DNA of 26,821 nt from Octopus sinensis. Its lineage: Eukaryota. Made by a program: the position numbers and the translations under genes. Below the pieces are notes generated by a model. That model did no database searches, had not been told where the DNA came from, and saw nothing but the letters and a program-made list of their open reading frames with translations. Of the stretch, positions 1 through 8,365 are shown one piece after another. Within the stretch, counting starts at the first letter, position 1; each line of letters starts with the position of its first letter. Where the stretch lies: contig NW_021834116.1 in NCBI RefSeq assembly GCF_006345805.1, positions 1 through 26,821 of the forward strand, written 5' to 3'.

Positions 1-30
1 TGTTGAAATGTGTGTGTGTGTGTGTGTGTT

Positions 31-246
31 TCATTCATTTGACTGGGACACGTTGGGGCACCGCCTTGAAGGGCTTTAGTCAAACAAATCAACTCCAGGA
101 ATTATTTTTGTGAGCCTAGTACTATTCTACCGCACTCTTTTGCCGAGCCGCTAAGTTACATGGACGTAAACACACCAACACCGGTCGTCAAGCGGCACAA
201 AGACTCACACACACTAATATTTATACATACATATATATACATATAT

Positions 247-297
<51 letters not shown>

Positions 298-588
298 ATC
301 ACATGACCAACCAGACCATCAGATGTTGTTACACATCGCTTTCACAATGCGTTCGCAAGGTTTTAGCCTTCGAATGACGCCACCCCGCTGGCTAAGCGAG
401 CAGGCCATATATATATAATATATATATATATTATATGCGACGGTTTCTTTCAGTTTCTGTTTACCAAATCCAATCACAAGATTTTGGTCGGCCCGAGGCT
501 ATAGTAGAAGATACTTGCCCAAAGGTGCCACGCAGTGGGACTGAATAAAGCCATGTGGTTGGGAAGCAAGCTTCTATCACAGAGCCAC
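31..588 (-). mobile_element. SINE family A (octopus OR2-like tRNA-derived SINE), full length, with internal (TA)n expansion and a nested fragment at 291-406
   Basis: On the minus strand: head GTGGCTCTGTGATAGAAG...CACTGCGTGGCACC, body GGGCAAGTATCTTCTACTATAGCCTCGGGCCGACC, tail ...GGCGGTGCCCCAACGTG...CAGTCAAATGA. Colinear with the copies at 10651, 23991 and 25481. Confidence 0.85.
291..406 (-). mobile_element. Orphan SINE/LINE 3' tail ('tail Y') inserted in a (TA)n tract
   Basis: Clearly homologous to 6257-6374 (CCACCCCGCTGGCTAAGCGAGCAGGC shared exactly). It has no head or body. Confidence 0.8.
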
Positions 589-596
589 ATATATAT

Positions 597-967
597 GTCT
601 CTTCTACCACTGTTTCGGGCCGACCAAAGCCTTGTGAGTGTATTAGGGAGACGAAGACTGAAAGACGCCCGTCATATATATATATATATATATAATACAT
701 AAAAAATATAAATATATATATATATATACGCGTATGTGTGTGCATGCGCGTGTGTGTTTGAGTGTATTTGTGTCTGTGTTGTCACCCACCATTGCTTGAC
801 AACAGCTATTGGTTTGTTTATGTCGCCGTAAATCAGTGGTTCGACAAAAGAGACCGATGGAGTAAGTACCAGGCTTTAAAATCACTTACTGGGGTCAATT
901 CATTCAACTAAAATATTTTTACAGGGCGTTGCCCCACCATGGCCTCAGTCTAATGACTGAAACACAT
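597..967 (+). mobile_element. SINE family A, 5'-truncated
   Basis: Body TCGGGCCGACCAAAGCCTTGTGAGT, internal TA/TG microsatellite, tail GGGCGTTGCCCCACCATGGCCTCAGTCTAATGACTGAAAC. Confidence 0.85.
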
Positions 968-1190
968 AAGGCGGTGAGGTGGCAGAAACGTTAGCACTGC
1001 GGGCGAAATGCTTATCAGTATTTCGTCTGCCGTTACGTTCTGAGTTCAAATTCCGCCGAGGTCGTCTTTGCCTTTCATCCTTTCGGGGTCGATTAATTAA
1101 GTACCAGTTACACACTGGGGTCGATGTAATCGACTTAATCCCTTTGTTTGTCCCCTCTATGTGTAGCCCCTTGTGGGCAATAAAGAAATA
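968..1190 (+). mobile_element. SINE family B (tRNA-like head plus Meta/MESC-like central domain)
   Basis: Head AAGGCGGTGAGGTGGCAGAA (A-box-like) and GAGTTCAAATTCC (B-box). Core GCCTTTCATCCTTTCGGGGTCGATTAATTAAGTACCAG, then hairpin GTCGATGTAATCGAC. Homologous to 5825, 6066, 6583 and 7446. The domain name is from recall. Confidence 0.8.
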
Positions 1191-1329
1191 TGAAACACAT
1201 AAAAGGTAAAAGACAATTTCACACTACCCGCACCACTACCACCACCATCTCTCTCCCTCTCTCCTCCTCCCTCCCTCTCTCTCCCCTTCACTCCACCCCT
1301 TTCCTCCCTCTCTAAGTTATGCACACTAA

Positions 1330-1720
1330 ATACATTTCCGAAATGCACGACCAAATACCATCTTCGAGATGTACACAACACATCCTGGTGCAAAAACAAT
1401 ATAGATAACGCAAGATTGACACGTCAGCCTATGTACTACACTCTCCTATATATAAAACAAACTATACCAATACACAAACATGCCTTACCAAGAAATCCAT
1501 AACTCTTCTTCAGATTCCTCCTTTCGCACAAGGCATCTAATTATTAAAACCACATGGCACATAGTTATTCTAATGTTCGTTCGACTACTTATATGTCTCT
1601 ATTACAACATACATATCAATGAACAAAATGAAAGCATTCGTTTATTATTCTTCTTACTTTATTTTATGTCCATTGTCTGGAAATCTTTTGTAGCACATCT
1701 GTGACCTCTTCAGCGACTTT
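1330..1720 (+). mobile_element. Possible highly degenerate Penelope-like 3' relic (GIY-YIG C-terminus-like fragments plus hammerhead-like motif)
   Basis: Fragmentary translations TKYHLRDVHN and SDSSFRTRHLIIKT resemble the PLE endonuclease C-terminus. The minus strand has CTGAAGAG-GTCAC-AGAT-GTG at 1694-1713. Confidence 0.25.
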
Positions 1721-1902
1721 TCTATTCAACCTGTTTTTCCTGTTCTGTTTAGTTCACTTGCACCTATAATAAAAAAGGGGAACCAGGAGAACCACTTCTA
1801 CCACAAAATAGAATTGAGATTTGTAGAACACACAGGAAATAATATTTCAATCACCAACATGGACATTACAGTACATAAATTCAAGAAATAATTGTATATA
1901 AT

Positions 1903-2247
1903 TTGCCATCAAGATGTAGGACAAGATACTGTGATAGCCTGGGCTTCCGAGGCCCACAGCTCTTCAATATCTTCCCGAAGACCTGAGAGACCTGCATGGG
2001 GTGGATGCAGATGTCTTTAAAATAAAACTGGATCTCCTCTTGTCAGGTGTCCCAGATGAACCAACTTCACGGCAGGAGGTGCAGATGAGGGCAGCTGCAT
2101 CGAACTCTCTCATGCACCAAATGGCAATTGCTAAAAAGCATTCGTGAAGTAAAATCATGAAGCAACACAAAATGGCGGTGCCCCAGCATGGCCACAGCTC
2201 GTGAGCTGAAACTAGATAATATAAAATAAAATAAAATAGAAATAAAA
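1903..2247 (+). mobile_element. CR1/L2-group LINE 3' end (ORF2 C-terminus, 3' UTR and (ATAAA)n tail), 5'-truncated
   Basis: Translates LPSRCRTRYCDSLGFRGPQLFNI, then after a 1-nt frameshift near 1978 DLRDLHGVDADVFKIKLDLLLSGVPDEPTSRQEVQMRAAASNSLMHQMAIAKKHS* (stop 2145-2147). This is the GPxLFNxLP...FKxKLD...PDEP...SNSL pattern of CR1-group ORF2 ends. Confidence 0.8.
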
Positions 2248-2339
2248 TGCTCACAAAAAAAAGCATGCCAGAAGGTAATGGGAAAAAATGCAACCACAAA
2301 TACGTTACTGGAGAACTGAAAAATACAACACATCAACAT

Positions 2340-2725
2340 ACATGGAAGCACTCCGTCGGTTACGACGACGAGGGTTCCGGTTCATCCGATCAACGGAACA
2401 GCCTGCTCGTGAAATTAACGTGTAAGTGGCTGAGCACTCCACAGACACGTGTACCCTTAACGTAGTTCTCGGGGATATTCAGCGTGACACAGAGAGTGAC
2501 AAGGCCGGCCCCTTGAAATACAGGTACAACAGAAACAGGAAGTAAGAGTGAGAGAAAGTTGTGGTGAAAGAGTACAGCAGGGATCACCACCACCCCTGCC
2601 GGAGCCTCGTGGAGCTTTTTAGGTGTTTTCGCTCAATAAACACTCACAACGCCCGGTCTGGGAATCGAAACTGCGATCCTACCACCGCGAGTCCGCTGCC
2701 CTAACCACTGGGCCATTGCACCTCC
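2340..2725 (-). mobile_element. SINE family C (OR1-like): tRNA-like head, body C, tail X; full length
   Basis: Head GGAGGTGCAATGGCCCAGTGGTTAGGGCAGCGGACTCGCGG...TTTCGATTCCC, the same as at 6564, 22727 and 26743. The tail is shared with 21233-21414. Confidence 0.9.
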
Positions 2726-2829
2726 GACATACACATATACACCTCCAACATACACACATACACATGAAACAAAATTCACGCCCATAAAAAAGCAAATAAA
2801 AAGAAAAAAACAACACGGAAATTAAAAGA

Positions 2830-3080
2830 ATCTGAACGATTGCAAACTGAAAAGTGGCAAACATTTGCATCCATCGTAAACCACAAAACAAATTATAAAT
2901 CTTTGCCCCAAAATAATCAGCGGTATTGACAGTTTTAACAATGGCCGTACTATATCAAATGTCACGGTAACAACTCCAGATAAAACATTTACACTCGCAT
3001 CATTCCAACAGCTAACAAGCTGTTTTCCAAAAGTCAACTACCAGAAACCACACAAGGAATTCAGAGATACAAAGTTACAT
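2830..3080 (+). mobile_element. Possible degenerate LINE ORF2 inter-domain fragment (I/Jockey-like)
   Basis: EKWQTFASIVNHKTNYKSL, frameshift, KIISGI resembles the WxxFxSxLNxxT...LWxxI motif between APE and RT. Short and unconfirmed. Confidence 0.25.
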
Positions 3081-3156
3081 GTTCATATCCCTTCTAGACT
3101 TTATCCTCAACCCAACTAATATAGGAAAGCTGTAAGAAAATCCCAAATTCAAAAAT

Positions 3157-3527
3157 CAGGGGGAAATAAATCATCTTTACATTCTCAACCGGCATCAGTA
3201 TGGCCCCTGAGGGTTCATATAAGATTTTGGTGGGGGCCACGCAGCAAAATAATAGATTAAGGATCCACAATACTATTTTAAGGGTCCCTGAAAAAAGGTT
3301 ACTTTAGATGTATGTATTGGTGTGTATTCAAAAAAACAGCCGGGTTTCTTTCTCTAACATTTTACATAGTTTAACTTTCACAAGTTAATGTGTAAAAAAA
3401 CAAAATAAGAATTTTGAAAGAAGTTTCTATAAAACTAGCTTTTAAACATCGAATGGCTATGGGATCCACCAGAATAAAATAACAATCAAAGTAGTCCATA
3501 GTTTAAAAAAACGGTTGAGAATCCCTG
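3157..3527 (+). mobile_element. hAT/Charlie-type MITE
   Basis: Right TIR GGTTGAGAATCCCTG (3513-3527). Left TIR CAGGG|ATTCTCAACC is split by 19 nt (3162-3180). AT-rich non-coding interior. No matching 8-bp TSD seen. Confidence 0.7.
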
Positions 3528-4435
3528 ATTTAGAGGAATTACTGCACTCCCCAACATCTAAAATTATTCGTGCCGACAATGGCAAATCTACACAATTTAG
3601 AAATTACGCAAGATCGTTTCAGTTTTAAAATTCAACAAAAACTCATGTGAAAGCAACAACAAGCAATATCATCATATACTATGCACAGTGTAAGCGGTAT
3701 GCATTTTATCGTGGCACCACCACTGGAGGGGTTGTCCTATCTTCAGCGGGACTAGACTAAACATAGTTTCTTTTTGCAACCAGTTCCCTGATGATAGTTC
3801 AGTGCTTTTACCTGAAACTTCAATCATGGCTAATATGCAAAACTTCCCGCCTTCTTGGATCGGTGGCAAGCAATCTGTCTCGGGCGAGTTGGTAGTGTTC
3901 TTTTTGTTGCATACACATGTACTTCTGGTTCCCTTCAGGGTTCAATGTCTCCCACTCTCTTCCTTCGATACTTACTTGTCGCTACATCCAGCAGCTCCCA
4001 TATATTCCCCATTGATTGCAATATAATTGGCTTTTTTTCAGTCTATCTCATAATGTTGTCTCAATGACTGATAAGTATATTATGACATGATTATCGCTAT
4101 TATTGGCCACATTGTAGTTAACTTTATCTCAGTATTCTAATATACTCAACTCACATTCATTACTTTATAATTGGTTATATTTCATTTTACAAAATATACT
4201 TATATATCACCTTGATACATTAGCGGCAGCATTATTTCACTTTATAAATATACTTATATATATCACGCTGACAATAATATAGTTATTACACTATTCAACA
4301 AGACTGATGGCGGTTTGCGTAGTCATTTGCATAGACAATCATTTGAATAAAGCGACAGAAAAATCACAATGAAATTATTGCTGCAAGGAATAAAATTACC
4401 AACGCATCTGTCTGAGTTCTTATTCGGAAAGGAAA

Positions 4436-4833
4436 TCTTTATATATAAAGAGAGGTGTGTGCTTGTCGGTCTCCTACGATTTAGATTCCTAACTACTCCC
4501 CAATTTTGCGGTGCAGTTTAACCAAAACCGGGTATCTTATAGTATTGATTATATCAAGCCCTTCTGGTATTAGCGCGCGTCTACGATGAGTCTTCGATTT
4601 TAAAAAAAATTTACCATCAACCTTTCCCCATTTTTAATGCATTTTTTGGCATATATAAGGGAAGTAACTCTCTAAAAATTTATTATTAAATCTCAGAACG
4701 TAAAAAGCTACAGTAAACACCCCCCTCCTTTGTGGTTAGCCATTGAGATGGCTATTATACTTTACATCTCTCTAAAATGCTTTATATAGTTATTTCCCTT
4801 ACAAACCCGAGCAACGCCGGGCGATACTGCTAG
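4436..4833 (+). mobile_element. Non-autonomous Helitron
   Basis: 5' TC (TCTTTATATATAAAG), 3' CTAG (4830-4833) preceded by hairpin CCCG-AGCAACGC-CGGG (4806-4821). It sits between host A (4435) and T (4834) with no TSD. Confidence 0.85.
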
Positions 4834-4989
4834 TAAAACATAAACAACTGAGTTTTATACCCTCTTTGCTTGAGAAACTGGTTGCAGCTGATGAGAAATG
4901 CAAGATGCGAAGTGCGTAAACGGATAGGAAGTAGTACTCTAAAATCGCTTTCGTTTATACAGGGCGGATGGCTTTATACCACTCTTATA

Positions 4990-5094
4990 ATATAGATATT
5001 TTCGATCTAGTTTGGATTCTTTGCCATCAAATTTCATGGCAAAGAATTCAAATTTGATGGCAAAGAATGCAAAATAGATCGAAATCATCTATAT
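4990..5094. repeat. 105-bp palindrome (foldback or MITE-like)
   Basis: 45-bp arms at 4990-5034 and 5050-5094 with 4 mismatches. The spacer arises from a 21-bp tandem duplication (5029-5049 and 5050-5070). Confidence 0.9.
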
Positions 5095-5410
5095 ACGGCA
5101 ATAGTATATACTCAACCATCAAGGCATAGCAACTAAACCTCACTTAAATTACACCTTACTATTTGAAAAAAAGGAAACACACTGAATAACGTAGAACTAG
5201 AAATACCTAAAAGGCTGAATAGTGACGGCTGGAAAGGCATTCATTCTTAATTCTTCCTGAGTACCGTTGACTTTGAGTTAAACAAAACCTCATCTTTTCA
5301 GACGATGAATTGGTAAAAGAAAAATACCGAGTGCCGAGTTAAGAACCGCCTTCACTTCCTTGTCTGTCTTGATTCTAGGGTTCAAATCAGGAAGTAAACA
5401 GATTTTATTA

Positions 5411-5808
5411 TTCAGTCGTGCTGGGGCGTCGCTTTGAAGGAATTTTGTAGTCAATATTGACCCTAGTACATACGTTTTTTGCTTTTTTTGAAAGCTTAGT
5501 ACTTATTCTGTCTCTTTTGCTGAATTGCTAAGTTACTTGAGTATGAACATGTATGTATGTATGTAAGTATGTATGTATGTATGTATGTATGTATGTATGT
5601 ATGTATGTATGTATGTATGTATGTATGTATGTATGTATGTATGTATATTTGATGGGCTCTTCCAGTTCCTGTTCACCAAATCTACTCACAAGACTTTGCT
5701 CGACCTGGAGCAATAGTAGAAGATTTGGGCTCAAGATGCTGCACGGTAGTGGGGCTGAACCCGGAACAATGTGGTTGGGAAGCAATCTTCTTAATACACG
5801 GCTACGTC
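5411..5808 (-). mobile_element. SINE family A, old and degenerate, with large (TATG)n expansion
   Basis: Recognisable head (GAACCCGGAACAATGTGGTTGGGAAGC), body (CACCAAATCTACTCACAAG) and tail remnants (AGTACTTATTCTGTCTCTTTTGC). Confidence 0.7.
5548..5646. repeat. (TATG)n microsatellite
   Basis: Near-perfect tetranucleotide array. Confidence 0.97.
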
Positions 5809-5824
5809 TAACTAGTTTTTCATA

Positions 5825-6047
5825 TTGGTTTCAAATTTCAGCACAAGGGTAGCAATTCCAAGGGAGGAAGAAAGTTGAAAATCGATTATATCGACCCTAA
5901 CGCTGAACTGGTGCTTATTTTATCGATCCCGAAAGGATGAAAGGCAAAGTCAATCTCTGTGTCATTTGAACTCAGAACGCAAAAACAGAAGGAGTGCCGT
6001 TCTACATTTTGTTCGGTGTGTTAATGATTCTGCCAGCTCGCTGCTTA
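5825..6047 (-). mobile_element. SINE family B
   Basis: CCCGAAAGGATGAAAGGCAAAGTC core, TTTGAACTCAGAACG B-box, CTGCCAGCTCGCTGCTTA head end. Confidence 0.8.
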
Positions 6048-6065
6048 CCAGATTTTCCTATCGGT

Positions 6066-6243
6066 CTCAAATTTTGGCACAAGGCCAGCAATTTTGAGGG
6101 AAAGGGAGGAAAGTATGTTACATTGATCTAGTGTTCAACAGGTACTTATTTTAACAACCCCAAAAGGATGAAAGGTGAAGTCGATCGAACTGGGCGGAAT
6201 TTGAACTCAGAAGGATGAAATGCTTCTGCCAGTACACTACTTA
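6066..6243 (-). mobile_element. SINE family B, head internally deleted
   Basis: AAATTTTGGCACAAGGCCAGCAATTTT tail, AAAGGATGAAAGG core, GGCGGAATTTGAACTCAGAA B-box. Confidence 0.75.
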
Positions 6244-6256
6244 CCATATTAATCAC

Positions 6257-6564
6257 TGTGTGACCACTGTGACCGACCAGGCTATCAGATGTCACTACAC
6301 ATCGCTGGTCACAATGCGCTTTGCATTGTTTTAGCCTTCAAATGACACCACCCCGCTGGCTAAGCGAGCAGGCTAACAGAAGAAAGAGTGAGAGAAAGTT
6401 GTGGCGGAAGAGTACAGCAGGGATAGCCACCACCCCCTACCGGAGCCTCGTGGAGCTTTAAGTGTTTTCGTTCAATAAACACTCACAACGCCCGGTCTGG
6501 GAATCGAAACCGCGATCCTACGATCGCGAGTCCGCTGCCCTAACCACTGGGCCATTGCGCCTCC
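6257..6564 (-). mobile_element. SINE family C head and body with alternative tail Y; 12-bp TSD
   Basis: Head and body almost identical to 2535-2725 and 22727-22917, but the tail (6257-6374) matches 291-406. Flanked by CATATTAATCAC at 6245-6256 and 6569-6580. Confidence 0.92.
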
Positions 6565-6582
6565 ACATCATATTAATCACTT

Positions 6583-6693
6583 AAGGCAAACTCGATCGAC
6601 CTGGGCGGAATTTGAACTCAGAACGTAAAGACGGATGAAATGCCGCTAAACATTTTGTCCAGAGTGGTAAGGACCCTGCCAGTTCGCCGCCTG
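6583..6693 (-). mobile_element. SINE family B, 5' half
   Basis: CGATCGACCTGGGCGGAATTTGAACTCAGAACG...CTGCCAGTTCGCCGCCT. It duplicates 6180-6213. Confidence 0.75.
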
Positions 6694-7066
6694 CTATATT
6701 ATCATATTAATCCCATATTGACTGATTGAATCAAACGATCGCACTCCTTTCTAACAAAAATTGCCTTTGTCTACACAAAATAAATCAATATATTGTATTT
6801 TCACATAGTTACAAGGTTATTCAGATTTTTTAGTTGAGGAAGAAAGACTACATTACTTTCCCCAAGTATACGAGTGATATCGTGTTGGTTGGTTGAAGTT
6901 ATCGAAACTTCTCAATTGAAATGGCTTCTTCATATTCTGGTTGCTTCCACTGATTCTTATCGCGCAAGACCTAACAAAGAGAGTCTAGAGGGAACTGATA
7001 AATTCTGTTGCCTGGAAACAGGCACACGGGAATACATTCGCTTATTGATGACTTATCAGTGATAAT

Positions 7067-7445
7067 AGAAGAAAGAAGAAGAAGAGAAGAGAAAGAAGAA
7101 GAAGAAGAAGAAGAAGAAGAAGAAGAAGAGAAGAAGAAGAAGAAGAAGAAGAAGAAGAAGAAGAAGAAGAGAAGAGAGAGAAGAAGAAGAAGAAGAAGAA
7201 GAAGAAGAAGAAGAAGAAGAAGAAAGAGGAGAAGAAGAAGAAGAAGAGAAGAAGAAGAAGAAGAAGAAGAGAAGAAGAAGAAGAAGAAGAAGAAGAAGAG
7301 AAAGAAGAAGAAGAAGAAGAAGAAGACTAAGAAGTGGAAGAAGAAGAAGAAGAAGAAGAAGAAGAAGAAGAATTGGAAGAAGAAGAAGAATTGGAAGAAG
7401 GAGAAGAAGAATTGGAAGAAGAAGAAAAAAAAGAAGAAGAAGAAG
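7067..7445. repeat. (GAA)n microsatellite, about 380 bp, imperfect
   Basis: Long trinucleotide array with GAAGAGAAG and TTG interruptions. Source of the poly-R/E/K/F ORFs. Confidence 0.97.
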
Positions 7446-7635
7446 AGTTTCAAATTTCTGAACACAAGGCCAGCAGTTTTTTTTTTTGCGGGGAGGGTGT
7501 TTTCCGATAACATCGATCCTAATTCTTGAATGGTACTTACTTTATGGCCCTGAAAAGATGAAAGACAAATTCGACCTCGGTGGAATTTGAACTCAGAAAG
7601 TATTGCTGGAAAACAATGCCGCCAAGCACTTTGCC

Positions 7636-7637
<2 letters not shown>
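7446..7637 (-). mobile_element. SINE family B, head truncated at the (AAT)n array
   Basis: CACAAGGCCAGCAG tail, GAAAAGATGAAAGAC core, TTCGACCTCGGTGGAATTTGAACTCAGAA. Confidence 0.75.
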
Positions 7638-7679
<42 letters not shown>

Positions 7680-7743
7680 ATAAATAATAATATAATAATA
7701 ATAATATTATATAATAAATAATAAAATAATAATAATAATAATA
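7638..7743. repeat. (AAT)n microsatellite
   Basis: Direct reading. Further AAT/ATT arrays lie at 8041-8088, 8584-8636, 8933-9025, 9065-9157 and 9713-9771. Confidence 0.95.
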
Positions 7744-8040
7744 AAAGGAATGATAAAAAAGGTACTGAAACCTATTTGAAAATGATTCCAGGCTTACCAT
7801 CTCTACAGGAAGTGCAAAAAATCGTATTAACTGGAACGGCTCATGTACTGAGAAGAGCATTATCGCTGTGAAAACAACATCCATTCATGAATTTATTTAT
7901 TAATTATTTTAAATACATATTTTATCTGTGAATTTCGTGTTGTAATCTGCGAATGCATACAATGAGCTGCTCTGCCCTAGGTGTATGGAAAAACACCCGG
8001 CGAGAACACGAAAGAAAATTTGAAGAAGAAAGAAGGAAAA
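7744..8040 (+). mobile_element. R4/Dong-clade LINE, 5'-truncated 3' end (copy A)
   Basis: GMIKKGTETYLKMIPGLPSLQEVQKIVLTGTAHVLRRALSL* matches the R4/Dong C-terminal QKxxLLGTAxILR motif. The 3' UTR runs into (AAT)n, and (AAT)n also lies on the 5' side. Confidence 0.85.
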
Positions 8041-8082
<42 letters not shown>

Positions 8083-8088
8083 AATAAA

Positions 8089-8365
8089 TACGAAGGTTGT
8101 GGTCAATAGCAATACGAAGGTTGTAGTCAATGAAGAGAATAGACGTGATACCAATAGTAATTGGTGCACTTGAAAATATCAGAACTCAACTACCAGCATG
8201 GCTGAAAAAGATTGGTGCAAGTGTGAAGGGAGAACACCGACAAAAATCAGCATTGCTTGGAACTGCAGGAATTCTTCGCAGGGTTCTTGAAGCATGACCA
8301 GTAAACTACTGGCTGTGGACAGCTGACAGTTTCCATCATACCCAGTAAAATAAGCTGTGAATTTT
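8089..8365 (+). mobile_element. R4/Dong-clade LINE 3' end (copy B, different subfamily)
   Basis: MKRIDVIPIVIGALENIRTQLPAWLKKIGASVKGEHRQKSALLGTAGILRRVLEA* contains the IPIVIGALG...QKxALLGTA motif. Its 5' junction carries a duplicated ATACGAAGGTTGTRGTCAAT. Confidence 0.88.

Noticed and set aside
4884-4905. CTGATGAG...AAA hammerhead-like core
   Set aside because: No stem II between CUGAUGA and GAAA, and no stem I or III pairing.
6971-7529. 173-180 aa ORFs rich in R/E/K or F/L/S
   Set aside because: They are translations of the (GAA)n microsatellite and have no coding signature.
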